A program made the position numbers and the translations under genes. DNA of 64,000 bases from Patescibacteria group bacterium (GTDB lineage Bacteria; Patescibacteriota; Minisyncoccia; Phycocordibacterales; JAKAEA01): NCBI GenBank assembly GCA_040387855.1, contig JAZKCY010000001.1, positions 910,922 through 974,921 on the forward strand. The letters run 5' to 3'. Below, in pieces: positions 28,734 through 38,305 of the stretch (positions are counted from its first letter, which is position 1; every line of letters begins with the position of its first letter). A model generated the notes under the pieces. The model made no database searches, was not told the origin of the DNA, and saw nothing but the letters and a program-made list of their open reading frames with translations.

Positions 28734-29694
28734 AGTAATCATCAAATTCAACATCCATAAAATCTGTACGAATGCCGGCATACCCGGCATTTGTTAATGG
28801 TGAGGGACCATACGACTCAGCTTTATCTTTTGTTTCAAGGACTAGACGCCAAACTCCGGTCTTACCTTCATCAACATAGAGACGAATAGTGACAGATGCA
28901 TCTTGATTAGTAATCACCTCACTTTTAACTCCTATCCATGTAGCAACTGGCAAAAGATTTGGTTCTGAATCTCGATCATATTTTTGATTCTTTGTACCAA
29001 ATATTTTCTTCATTGCCATCGTATAGTATGCGCCTTTAATTTTTTTCTTAATGACTGCAGCTCCATCAACTCGAATTCCTGTATAGTACAAATCATCACC
29101 TGTTTGATATCGGTTAAACAACAAGACTCCATTCGATGCATTTCGATTAGGGCTCTCACTTAGAATTAAAGAATTAATTTTAAAGTACGCTTGCTGAGTA
29201 AAATCACCCCATACATGAGTATTCACAAGACGAAAAATGTTTTGTGGGTGTGCACCATCATCAGTATCTTCTGGATTACTCCGAATATATCGCTTGTACC
29301 ACGCGTCAGAAGGAGCTAGGTCACCCTGAATTGTTTTGGCAGTTCCATTTGAAACATAGAGACGTCCCCCAGAATTGAGCCACCAATTTTTATTTGAACT
29401 TTTTGAAATCTTTGCTGATTCCTCGAGTGTTTGAGGCGTAAGAAAGGCATCAGAAAACATTCGTGGTTCAGACACAGAAGATGTAGGTTGTGGTCTTTGT
29501 AGTACTGCGATAGCTGAGGTAGCTGAAGCCGAATTTGGCAGACCATCTTCTTTTAGGAAATCTCCTCCCTCCAACTCATTAGATTCTGGATTTAATACTA
29601 TTACAGGTTTACTTTCTCTCGATAACAAAAATATAACTCCAATTCCAATGAAGACAAATAGAATATTAACGATAATGATGTTCTTATTCTTCAT
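28717..29694 (-). CDS. Membrane-anchored beta-jelly-roll (LamG/3-keto-glycoside hydrolase-like) protein
   Basis: N-terminal TM helix; motifs YYTGIRVDG, WIGVK and GYAGIRTDFMDVEFDD. Last gene of the HAS-like operon. Confidence 0.6.
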   Translation of the reverse strand: MKNKNIIIVNILFVFIGIGVIFLLSRESKPVIVLNPESNELEGGDFLKEDGLPNSASATSAIAVLQRPQPTSSVSEPRMFSDAFLTPQTLEESAKISKSSNKNWWLNSGGRLYVSNGTAKTIQGDLAPSDAWYKRYIRSNPEDTDDGAHPQNIFRLVNTHVWGDFTQQAYFKINSLILSESPNRNASNGVLLFNRYQTGDDLYYTGIRVDGAAVIKKKIKGAYYTMAMKKIFGTKNQKYDRDSEPNLLPVATWIGVKSEVITNQDASVTIRLYVDEGKTGVWRLVLETKDKAESYGPSPLTNAGYAGIRTDFMDVEFDDYSIVEL

Positions 29695-29727
29695 GCTATG
29701 CTTGAGCACAGTATACCAGGATAAGCT

Positions 29728-31278
29728 CTAAAAAGCTGGTGCGATAGTGAGACTAGAAACCTCAGAATGAGCTGTAGACATGAGATCCCATATCTTAATT
29801 CCTGCTTTACCTCCCTTCTGTTTAATACTTACATTTCTAAAGAGATGATACCCATTTACATACGTAGTAATTTTGCCGTTTTTTATTTCAACTTTAAATT
29901 CAATAGGTTTATCAGTAACTCGGGTTGATGTAAAAGGTGGAACCAAATCTTTTGTAACACCCTGCACTGTACTTCGCAGGAAATAATAATTACCACTCAA
30001 ACCAAACGCAACATAATTTTGTGCGTCTTTATAGTAAAGCAATAATCCTGTAGAGGCTCCTTGTATACGATCTATATTTGCTGTAACTGAATAATTTTCC
30101 CAATAGTCTTCACCAAAAAGCACCTTTCCACTTTGATCTGGTTCTATAGTTTTTATATGTAGCCCAGTTTCCTGAATTGTAACTTCAGCATCTGTTACCC
30201 CATTTTGAGGAATAACAAAATTAGTATTTGCATAGACAAGGTCTGGTGATATTGGAGCTTGGCTATGAAGTATCTTCACAAGATCAAGCGCAGACATATT
30301 TTTAACTTCTATTCTTCGAATGAAATATGGATCTGTATCTTTATAGTTGTAAACTGGCAGTCGCAATGTTGTTACATTTGAAGGGTCATTGGCTTCGATA
30401 AATGCCATCTTAAAATACTTTCTAATCACCTTTTGGTTAAATGGGATAGCCTCTTCATAGTTTGTATGTTCTTGCTGACCATAATCATTTAATGGAATAG
30501 CATAATATTGAGCATCTAATCCTAGATTGATTTTAATATCTTGAAGTCCAGCAAGATAGTCGGCTTCTACTCGTGCCTCAAATTCTTCTGTTGTCTCAAG
30601 TCGATTCTTATCTTCTAAATACATTTTTGAATTTAGGAATCTTCCCCAATCTTCTTCATCTGATGCATTTTTAACAAGAGGAATCTCTGCATGTGAATCA
30701 CGTCCATGGGCTTCGATCTCCCATCTTCCAGAGTCTCGAAGTGTTCTCAAATCATTCCAATCCAAATAGAATGGATCTTTGTTATTAGCTTTTGCTGTAG
30801 CAACAAACATTGTTGCTTTGAAATTCAGTTTCTTTAAAACATCATCAGTTGTGTAATAACTATCTTTTCGGCCATCATCAAAACTAATGATTATAGGCTT
30901 TGGAGGAAGCGTAAATGTTCCCTGTCGGAATTGATCGTATTCAGCTACTGATATTGTGGTAAAACCACTTTGCTTTAATAGCTCCAGCTGCTGGATAAAA
31001 TTCTTTATTGTTGTATTTGTGTCATCCTTTACAGTATTTACGCCGTGATACATAAGCATTGGTACCGCTAATGCAGGAGATGACGACACACTCTGTACTT
31101 CAATATTGGCAAACACACGTGGCTTGTAGGTGTAATACTCAATTGAATATGGGTTGAGCTTTCTCAACGTATTTTGAGCCTCTGGGTAAAAAGCATTAAT
31201 CGAAATACCAATACTTACAATAAGTACTACACATAATACTAATCTAAACCACGGTGAATGTTTTATCGGGTGCCCCAT
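29728..31278 (-). CDS. IcaB/PgaB-like polysaccharide deacetylase with a C-terminal beta-sandwich domain
   Basis: Motifs VPMLMYHG, LPPKPIIISFDDG, KATMFV and WEIEAHG..SH. Confidence 0.85.
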   Translation of the reverse strand: MGHPIKHSPWFRLVLCVVLIVSIGISINAFYPEAQNTLRKLNPYSIEYYTYKPRVFANIEVQSVSSSPALAVPMLMYHGVNTVKDDTNTTIKNFIQQLELLKQSGFTTISVAEYDQFRQGTFTLPPKPIIISFDDGRKDSYYTTDDVLKKLNFKATMFVATAKANNKDPFYLDWNDLRTLRDSGRWEIEAHGRDSHAEIPLVKNASDEEDWGRFLNSKMYLEDKNRLETTEEFEARVEADYLAGLQDIKINLGLDAQYYAIPLNDYGQQEHTNYEEAIPFNQKVIRKYFKMAFIEANDPSNVTTLRLPVYNYKDTDPYFIRRIEVKNMSALDLVKILHSQAPISPDLVYANTNFVIPQNGVTDAEVTIQETGLHIKTIEPDQSGKVLFGEDYWENYSVTANIDRIQGASTGLLLYYKDAQNYVAFGLSGNYYFLRSTVQGVTKDLVPPFTSTRVTDKPIEFKVEIKNGKITTYVNGYHLFRNVSIKQKGGKAGIKIWDLMSTAHSEVSSLTIAPAF

Positions 31279-32567
31279 GTTGTGTCTCTTAATTTAAATA
31301 CTGCATACGGCATTTGCCAGACTAAAGCGAATGTATACATAACAGTAAACGGAACTACATACCACCAATACTTATTATTTGATTGCCAGTAGTAAAACAA
31401 TCCATACACGAAGCTTAGTGATACAACGCCAATCAAGAATACATACGGCATTTGTTGATTCAATAAAATCTGTATTACTAATGCATTGAGTACTATAAAC
31501 GGACTAAATATTGGGAGTAACAAGTTTGTGTAGAAAGAAAGTGAGGCAATAATATTCTTTCTCCAAATAAAAGATGATGCCGCTAAACCTTCTCTGACCC
31601 ATGATTTCTTCCAACGAAGCTGTTGCTTAAAAAACTTTCGATATTTATCTGGCACAATAGTAACTGCCTTTGCAGTACTGCAATATACAACCTTCCAATT
31701 TCTAAGCACAAAGTTTGTGAGACTTCGATCATCACCAAATGTACTTCGCGTTCCCATAAACATTTGATTTCGCCATTTATCCAAAACAGTAAGCAATATA
31801 GTACGTCGATACGCAGAAAAACATCCAGGGCAGCACGTTACCGTACCAAACACACTCTCACATGCTTTGAATATATCAAATGAAACACCATATCGAGCTG
31901 ACTGCATCTTGGTTAGCGCATTTGTAGAATCATTGTCTACTCCAGTATTTCCTGCTACAGCACCAACCATAGAATCTTCTAAAAAGTGCTCCACAAGATG
32001 CTTAACTGCTGTCTTTTCAAGAAAGCTATCTGAATCCACAAATACAACTATTTCTCCAGTTGCAGCTAAAATTCCTTCTGCCATACCTTCACGCTTCCCT
32101 CGATTTTTTGCAAAAGAAATAACATTTACTGATACTCCTTTATTTTTATAAAATTCATGTGCCCGCTCCATTTCAGCTTTCGTTTTATCGGTAGAGCCAT
32201 CATCTACCGCAATGCATTCTAACGTTCCAGGATATGCAGATTGCATACAGGTCTCAATAGTTTTGTATATAGAATCCTCTTCGTTTTTTGCGGCAATTAC
32301 AAAACTCACACTTGGATATAGTGTGTCTGCATATTTTTTATAATGAGCATCTTTATAAAAAATAATAATAAGAAATCGTGATGTAAGAAAGAATCCTGTA
32401 AGGATGATATAAATCTTAACTAAAATAAACTGACTACCTCCCAGAAGCAACGTGAATTTATAAATAAAGAGAACATGAAGTAATACAAGAAACACAGCCA
32501 AAACAAACATCTTCTTTACAGAAGAAAAAGGAGATAGTAAACGTGGGAGAATTGCTTGTAGAGTCAT
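31263..32567 (-). CDS. Hyaluronan-synthase/NodC-like processive GT2
   Basis: Motifs VDDGS, GKREGM, FVDSDS, CCPGCFSAYR, FGDDRSLTN, QQLRWKKSW.RE and C-terminal WGTR. Confidence 0.85.
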   Translation of the reverse strand: MTLQAILPRLLSPFSSVKKMFVLAVFLVLLHVLFIYKFTLLLGGSQFILVKIYIILTGFFLTSRFLIIIFYKDAHYKKYADTLYPSVSFVIAAKNEEDSIYKTIETCMQSAYPGTLECIAVDDGSTDKTKAEMERAHEFYKNKGVSVNVISFAKNRGKREGMAEGILAATGEIVVFVDSDSFLEKTAVKHLVEHFLEDSMVGAVAGNTGVDNDSTNALTKMQSARYGVSFDIFKACESVFGTVTCCPGCFSAYRRTILLTVLDKWRNQMFMGTRSTFGDDRSLTNFVLRNWKVVYCSTAKAVTIVPDKYRKFFKQQLRWKKSWVREGLAASSFIWRKNIIASLSFYTNLLLPIFSPFIVLNALVIQILLNQQMPYVFLIGVVSLSFVYGLFYYWQSNNKYWWYVVPFTVMYTFALVWQMPYAVFKLRDTTWGTR

Positions 32568-32573
32568 GGGAGA

Positions 32574-33320
32574 TTAGGCTGTTTTCCCTACTACTTCCTG
32601 AGGTGCTTTCATATTTACTGCGGCATAGTCTGCATTAGCTTTTTTAATTCGCTCAGCAGATAAGCTATTTAGTAAGTGTGAATTCTGAACCACACAGTGT
32701 CCTCCAATCGGACCATCCATGTATTTGAGGTAGGGTCGTACTACCTCTTTTCGACCTAGTTCTTGATACCCTTCATTATAACTGGCATTAAATTCTTTAT
32801 AGACAATATCAAAATCAAGTCCATTTTCCTCACAATATGCATGAATCTCTTTATTAAGAAGGATCATTACTCCATACTGAGTTGTATCCCAGAGCTTTGC
32901 AGCTTCGGTATCTTCTTGTCGAGATGTACACTTTGTTTTTACCCCTTTCGCCTCAAAAAGTGCTGCAGCTTCCTCGGCTCGTTCTCCACCAAAAAACTTC
33001 ACAAAAGTTCTAATTCCTTTTGCTAAATGAGGATGAACACCACGAATTGGAGAATGCACGGCGTTAAGTCCTCGTGACGTACCTAGGGGTACAGTTGAGT
33101 GAATTATTATTAAATCAGGAGTGAATTTGGTTTTATACTCATTTATAAGTGCCGCAAAATCATAATGTGCAGGATTATATGGAATAGCAATATGCATTAC
33201 ATCATAATGACCTTCTGCAATTACACCTTTATACGGATCATGACCGTCACACCCTAAGACTTCCCGAACCGCTCCTCCTACTTCCCCAAGCCCTACGACT
33301 ATTTGTGTTAAATTATTCAT
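32574..33320 (-). CDS. Short UDP-glucose/GDP-mannose dehydrogenase family protein
   Basis: GLGEVG Rossmann motif, STVP.GT, E.AKL and GGHC catalytic Cys. Only 248 aa, apparently without the C-terminal domain. Confidence 0.75.
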   Translation of the reverse strand: MNNLTQIVVGLGEVGGAVREVLGCDGHDPYKGVIAEGHYDVMHIAIPYNPAHYDFAALINEYKTKFTPDLIIIHSTVPLGTSRGLNAVHSPIRGVHPHLAKGIRTFVKFFGGERAEEAAALFEAKGVKTKCTSRQEDTEAAKLWDTTQYGVMILLNKEIHAYCEENGLDFDIVYKEFNASYNEGYQELGRKEVVRPYLKYMDGPIGGHCVVQNSHLLNSLSAERIKKANADYAAVNMKAPQEVVGKTA

Positions 33321-33420
33321 ATAATGAGTATTGTTGAGACTACCTTTAATAAGGACCCCATACTACAACACATTCTAAAAAAAGCAAGTACCGGTCTCGA
33401 CTACCACTATATTTTATGGT

Positions 33421-33723
33421 TTATATTAGGCAATGTTGAGCTTCCTCTCTAATTCTCCTTTCTATTTTGCTTTTAAAAAAAGTAAGCGCCCATGGTACTT
33501 TCGCATCTAGTATTACTTCCATCTTTCCCACTATAAGTGTTCCGGATAGTTCATATCCCTTTGTTTTAAAACTGAATGTGCATTCATGACTATCCCATTC
33601 CTCCTTAAGATTAGTTATCTCTTTCGAATACTTTTCTTTTACATTATCTAATAAATTTTTGACGCATGAGATAGCTTCTTCTTGAGTCTTATTGTGAGGA
33701 ATCTTAATAGTTATGTTTGCCAT
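33421..33723 (-). CDS. Polyhydroxyalkanoic acid system (PHA_gran_rgn)-like small protein
   Basis: Pattern I.I.IPH....EEA...W....F..G.L.V...V.L...PW...FKSKIE..I. Confidence 0.7.
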   Translation of the reverse strand: MANITIKIPHNKTQEEAISCVKNLLDNVKEKYSKEITNLKEEWDSHECTFSFKTKGYELSGTLIVGKMEVILDAKVPWALTFFKSKIERRIREEAQHCLI

Positions 33724-33733
33724 ACCTACAAAA

Positions 33734-33759
33734 GACGAAGTAGATGAGTGTCTGTTACG
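33734..33759 (-). promoter_or_regulatory. ECF-type promoter CGTAAC-N16-CGTC
   Basis: The minus strand reads CGTAAC agacactcatctactt CGTC, 10 nt before the ATG. Confidence 0.65.
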
Positions 33760-33828
33760 ATGATTGACAGTACATCAGTTTATTTATAACGTATATTCTG
33801 AACCACGTTCCCGCATGAGGTATGAAAG

Positions 33829-34050
33829 ATGCTAGATATCATCTTGTGGCCGTTCCGTTTTCTTGGGAGATGTTGGGACAGACTTGATAGAAGGATGTGC
33901 AGGTCCCTACCCAACGTTGTGAGGATTCCATGGTGTAGGCTGTGGATCCGCAAAGACGAGTTCCATCCTTCGCTCGATATCGACACCGGTAGTAACGACC
34001 CGATGGATGTTGTGAGGCGCAGACAAATAGCTCACGAGCGTGAGCCATAA
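33829..34050 (+). CDS. GC-elevated small hypothetical protein
   Basis: TTGACA upstream (33764), GAGG SD and terminator GATAGAG-TACCC-CTCTATC-T6 (34052-34076). Confidence 0.5.
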   Translation: MLDIILWPFRFLGRCWDRLDRRMCRSLPNVVRIPWCRLWIRKDEFHPSLDIDTGSNDPMDVVRRRQIAHEREP

Positions 34051-34077
34051 CGATAGAGTACCCCTCTATCTTTTTTA

Positions 34078-34638
34078 TTACTTAGAAAATCGAAGCTTAA
34101 TTCCAATCACCAATGCGAGCGCTACGAATGTAGAAAATGCCATCCAAGGGATAGTAATGTAACCAAATTCAACAAATGGAATCTGAGAACATGAAACTCC
34201 AGTTGCAATACATGCATCCAAAAGACTTGGATTAAACATTTGGCCGTAATAGTGGAAACCTGTTACAAGCACCCCCATGATAGAGAAAACCAATGCATAA
34301 ATATAAACAGCACTATCTGTTATCTTATATTTCCATGATCTAAACCATGCTACAAAAAAGAGTACTGCCTGAGGGAATAATAGAATTCGTGCCCACCAAC
34401 AGAATTCACATGGAATGAAGCCAATCACTGATGAATAGATGAGACTGCCTATAGTTCCTCCTATTGCAATAAGAGCAGAAAGTACCAAAGCATGTGAAGC
34501 AATTTTACTGCCAAGATCTTTATTTTTTTTATCAGGAGTTCCAAGCACTAAGATCCACAGTAAAATCACACTGAGAATATTTAATACGACAACACCTAAC
34601 GAAATAACAAATGTAATGTTTTGTGCGAATGGTGTCAT
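34078..34638 (-). CDS. Disulfide bond formation protein B (DsbB/BdbC family)
   Basis: Motifs GSL.YS...GF.PCEFCW..R and C...C...FGYITIP.MA. Confidence 0.88.
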   Translation of the reverse strand: MTPFAQNITFVISLGVVVLNILSVILLWILVLGTPDKKNKDLGSKIASHALVLSALIAIGGTIGSLIYSSVIGFIPCEFCWWARILLFPQAVLFFVAWFRSWKYKITDSAVYIYALVFSIMGVLVTGFHYYGQMFNPSLLDACIATGVSCSQIPFVEFGYITIPWMAFSTFVALALVIGIKLRFSK

Positions 34639-34655
34639 AAATAATATACCTAAAC

Positions 34656-35150
34656 TTATTGAACTTTAAGAGTTGTAGTTGCTGTAGAAGTAGCACCTGA
34701 AGTTGCCGATGAAGAAGTTGTTGAAGTACCTGTAATTACATCTGCACTTGTGCCTCCAGAAAGTTCTGCCGGAAGTGGACAACTAGTTTTTTCTGAAAGC
34801 TGCTGGAGTGAAAGTTCTCCCTTGAGGATAGAACCATCTTTGAAGATCCATGTTGGATAGGTATCAATTCCCTTTTCAATACAAATAGGAAGCTGTCCTT
34901 TTCCATCTGGAGTTGAACATTCTACGTATGGAAGATTATCCTTTGAAGATCCAAATAGTTTCTTTGTAGCTTGGCAGTGTGGACACCAGAAAGCTCCGTA
35001 AAAAGTTGCTCCTTCATCTTTAAGACACTGAGTAAATGCACTGAGATCAACACGTGATGCTGGGTTTTGAGCTCGATATGTAATAAATATAAAAATCCCT
35101 AACAATGCAGCAATGCCGACAACAAATCCTATAATGTGTTTTGTTTCCAT
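34656..35150 (-). CDS. Membrane-anchored thioredoxin-like protein (DsbA/VKOR-partner type)
   Basis: Motifs FYGAFWCPHC, YVEC and GI..YPTW. Confidence 0.85.
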   Translation of the reverse strand: METKHIIGFVVGIAALLGIFIFITYRAQNPASRVDLSAFTQCLKDEGATFYGAFWCPHCQATKKLFGSSKDNLPYVECSTPDGKGQLPICIEKGIDTYPTWIFKDGSILKGELSLQQLSEKTSCPLPAELSGGTSADVITGTSTTSSSATSGATSTATTTLKVQ

Positions 35151-35169
35151 ATGTTTATACTATTTGATT

Positions 35170-36066
35170 CTAACCTTTTATACAAGTATTAAATGCTCTC
35201 ACATCTGCATTATAGGTATCAACATCTTCTTTAAGCTCAGCAATCATATCATTATACGTCCCTACCTTTTTGTTGTATTCCTGGGCTTTCTGCTCATACG
35301 CAGCATCTTCATCTGGATTTGAACGTGACATACTACTAATATCTCCCCGCATTGCCTCAAGCTCAACTTCTGTTGCACTAATCTCTTGTTTTGCTACATC
35401 TATACGTGTTTTTAAGCTAGGACTTACTATAGGGCACTCAGAAGAAGCAAGCCCAAATTCTTGAACGGCCATCCAAACCTTTTTGCCCTTGTATGTTCCC
35501 TGACCTACAGCTACTCCAATTTCTTTAAAACGATCATGGAGAATATTTGCTTTGTGACCTGGACTTGCCATCCATGCATCAACAAGTGCTTTATCATCAG
35601 CAAAATTTCCCATAGCGAGATTTTCTCCTACTATAATGTAGGTATATGTTGCTTCAGTTGCCAGGTATCCAGGACCGTGACCATTTGGAGAAATATGCTC
35701 GAAATACTGTTGCTCAAACATATCCTGAAGTTTCATGCGAGCTGCAGCAGCTAGTTTTGTATTTTCTTTAACTCCAGGTAATCCTGCGTTTGCTCGTTCT
35801 TGATTTGAAAAGGAAATCACTCCTGTTGCACTCAATCGTGCGTCTTCGCTATCTTTGGCTGAGCGAAGTGGATTTGAAAAAAACTCTTGTCGTATTTCAC
35901 TTACAACAGTATCTTTACTCTCAATTACATGATATGTAACATCCTGAGTTGCTTTTACCCATACATTTACTGTCTCTTTCATATTGGGATACCACAGATA
36001 AAATCCTCCTCCTAAGAAAAGTAGTACGCATGCTGTGATACTAATACCAATAAAATGTTTTTTCAT
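35170..36066 (-). CDS. CAP (SCP-like) domain protein with a C-terminal coiled coil
   Basis: Motifs N.ER...GL, YF.H.SP.G, GENLA, WM.SPGH.ANIL and VQEFG. Confidence 0.88.
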   Translation of the reverse strand: MKKHFIGISITACVLLFLGGGFYLWYPNMKETVNVWVKATQDVTYHVIESKDTVVSEIRQEFFSNPLRSAKDSEDARLSATGVISFSNQERANAGLPGVKENTKLAAAARMKLQDMFEQQYFEHISPNGHGPGYLATEATYTYIIVGENLAMGNFADDKALVDAWMASPGHKANILHDRFKEIGVAVGQGTYKGKKVWMAVQEFGLASSECPIVSPSLKTRIDVAKQEISATEVELEAMRGDISSMSRSNPDEDAAYEQKAQEYNKKVGTYNDMIAELKEDVDTYNADVRAFNTCIKG

Positions 36067-36500
36067 TATTCGACGATAAGTGAGAATCTAAAGTCTGAAA
36101 CTGTGTCTGTACTACTCTTTACAATAATATCAGCCATACCTTTTTTCACAACCTGAAATTCAGCTGCCCAGTTTCCACGCCCTTTTGGTGATGGCTGTCC
36201 AATCTTTTTTAGGATATTAGCAGGATTTTGCAATGCTGTAAGATTTGCTTCGGGATAGAGATCCTCAGGCAGTTCTATTGTAATAGTTTCAGAAAGTTGA
36301 ACTGTCTTTGATGTGTTATTTTGAGCTATCGTTATGCATTTTTTACAGCTCGTAGCCGAAGAATATTCAGGAGTATTGCTTTTGATCCCAAGTACTGGCT
36401 TTAGTGTCGTAATCATTCCATATAAAAGCGCAATCCCTACAAGGATACCAAGAGCGACAATAAGATGGTTGACCCAGTCTTTTGTGTGAATATCAATCAT
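36066..36500 (-). CDS. Hypothetical membrane-anchored protein (Ig/I42-like beta-sandwich)
   Basis: TM helix plus a beta-rich domain; translationally coupled to the CAP gene. Confidence 0.6.
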   Translation of the reverse strand: MIDIHTKDWVNHLIVALGILVGIALLYGMITTLKPVLGIKSNTPEYSSATSCKKCITIAQNNTSKTVQLSETITIELPEDLYPEANLTALQNPANILKKIGQPSPKGRGNWAAEFQVVKKGMADIIVKSSTDTVSDFRFSLIVE

Positions 36501-36509
36501 AAGGTAATA

Positions 36510-37346
36510 CTATGCCCTATCGAGTTTTTGATCAATGACATGAGTTATAGCAGCACCAACAATAAATATCTGGGCAGTAATATATGCCCATACAAGAAGT
36601 ACGGTTATGGTACTTACTGCGCCATAGCCAGAAGAAGCAAAACCTGAGGCAAGATACCATCCCATTACAAATTTTCCAGCCATAAATAAAAATGATGTCA
36701 TAATTCCACCAAATATAGCTGCTCTCCATTTTATCTTTTGTGCAGGCAAAGCAATGTAGAGCAAGACAAACATACCGGTAAGAATCATAATTGATAAACC
36801 GAGATTTGCGAGATTAATTATTGATTCAATATTCTGAACATATTTTGAAAGTGCTGTACCAAACAATGTCACTATTGTACTTGCCATAAATGAGGCAGAT
36901 AAAAGAAAGCCCAACATAATGACAATAAGGATTGCGGCAACTCTCTCTTTAATTACAGTAAGTATTCCAGGATTGGCATCTTCCTTAACTTCCCAAATCT
37001 TTTTCATTGATGTCTGCAATTGGCCAAATGCTCCTATTGAACCCCAAAGTACAGAAATTAATCCTATGATACTCACTACGATACTGGTTCCTGGCTGTCG
37101 AATTTCTGTAATCAGTGTTCGAATTGCAGATGATGCTTGTGAACCAAACAAAATAGTTAGCTCATTTATTAAACGTTTTTCTACCAGATCAGGACTTACC
37201 AAAAGCCCCGCTACTGCCAATGCTAAAATAAATGCAGTAGGCAATGAAAACAATAAATAGTATGCAAGCGCAGCACCAGTTGTTGCTGGATCGGCAGCTT
37301 TCCAAGCTTTGAATGTATGAGCGATAATATGAGGTTGTCGTTTCAT
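36510..37346 (-). CDS. YihY/BrkB family membrane protein
   Basis: Motifs GAALAYYLLFSLP and YGA......LLVWAY..AQI...GA. Confidence 0.9.
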   Translation of the reverse strand: MKRQPHIIAHTFKAWKAADPATTGAALAYYLLFSLPTAFILALAVAGLLVSPDLVEKRLINELTILFGSQASSAIRTLITEIRQPGTSIVVSIIGLISVLWGSIGAFGQLQTSMKKIWEVKEDANPGILTVIKERVAAILIVIMLGFLLSASFMASTIVTLFGTALSKYVQNIESIINLANLGLSIMILTGMFVLLYIALPAQKIKWRAAIFGGIMTSFLFMAGKFVMGWYLASGFASSGYGAVSTITVLLVWAYITAQIFIVGAAITHVIDQKLDRA

Positions 37347-37354
37347 TACAAATA

Positions 37355-37798
37355 CTATATATGGTGTCGAGAATGCATGAGTGACTTTATACTGAAGTAG
37401 TCTCCTGCACGAGCCGCATGTAGATATACTAATGCAATTGCATATATAAAATAATCATTAACAATTATTTGATTTGTTCCAACATATGGAAACTTTAAAA
37501 GCGGAAAATATAAAAACAACATAATAAATGCACCGATGAGCGCAACAATCCGAACAAACAATCCGAGTATAAGTAATGCTCCTACGGCAATTAATACAAT
37601 TTTAAATCCAGTATTCAATAGATTGAGCATTTCTGGAGTTGAAAATGCATCATAAAATTCAGGAAATGTATCAGAGTTCTCAAGGAGAGATGCAATAGAC
37701 CAACCTTCGGTTGTGAAGGCAACTATTCCCCAATACAAAAGGTACCATCCTAATGATATTCGCAATAATACAATACTAATTATTGATAGTTTACTCAT
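37355..37798 (-). CDS. DoxX family membrane protein
   Basis: Motifs LLRISLGW and G.LLILGLF.R. Confidence 0.8.
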   Translation of the reverse strand: MSKLSIISIVLLRISLGWYLLYWGIVAFTTEGWSIASLLENSDTFPEFYDAFSTPEMLNLLNTGFKIVLIAVGALLILGLFVRIVALIGAFIMLFLYFPLLKFPYVGTNQIIVNDYFIYAIALVYLHAARAGDYFSIKSLMHSRHHI

Positions 37799-37810
37799 GT
37801 GATTAGTGTA

Positions 37811-38305
37811 TCACGAATCTTTATTCTGTTGCTTGAATTTTTCCACGTCTTCAACTAATTTTTTCAAATCAGTATAAATAGTATGAAGTGTTGTTTGTTG
37901 ATCGAGCGGTAACACATCAGTGTGGTGAATTTCACTAATTTCCCCAACATCATCCTGAATTTCATCGACGTCTTCTTGGATCTCATCAACGTCTTCCTGA
38001 ATTTCGTCGATATCCTCTTGAATTTCATCCACATCTTCCTGGATCTCATCAATACCTTCCTCAACGTTTTTAATTACTTCCGATTGACTGTTGATTGTCA
38101 TCTGAATAAACAGTGCTAGATAGATAGCTTCGAGTGACACTCCCGTCGTGAGCGTAAGTAAAACAGTGTCGATAGGCACACCAAAACGTATAGAAGCAAA
38201 GCTCGCAATAAAAATAATCGTGTGTATAACGATTGATGAAGGAGAACCAAGCCATCGAGTAAATTTTAAGGCGATCTTCTCAAATGGGCTTGGAGTATTA
38301 CTCAT
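37811..38305 (-). CDS. DUF1003-like membrane protein with acidic heptad repeats
   Basis: Pattern GS..SI.IHTIIF...LTT.VSLEAIYLA.FIQM, followed by (DEIQED[VI]) repeated five times. Confidence 0.75.
   Translation of the reverse strand: MSNTPSPFEKIALKFTRWLGSPSSIVIHTIIFIASFASIRFGVPIDTVLLTLTTGVSLEAIYLALFIQMTINSQSEVIKNVEEGIDEIQEDVDEIQEDIDEIQEDVDEIQEDVDEIQDDVGEISEIHHTDVLPLDQQTTLHTIYTDLKKLVEDVEKFKQQNKDS
37950..38060 (-). repeat. Five degenerate 21-nt tandem repeats encoding the DEIQED[V/I] heptad
   Basis: IDEIQEDVDEIQEDIDEIQEDVDEIQEDVDEIQDDV; synonymous positions differ between units. Confidence 0.85.

Noticed and set aside
32574-33320. Short dehydrogenase as a pseudogene
   Set aside because: The ORF is intact with catalytic motifs, ends 6 nt before the next gene, and no downstream remnant is visible. 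Kept as a CDS, though activity is unproven.
37950-38060. Tandem repeats as a CRISPR array
   Set aside because: These are in-frame 21-nt coding repeats without spacers, and there are no cas genes.
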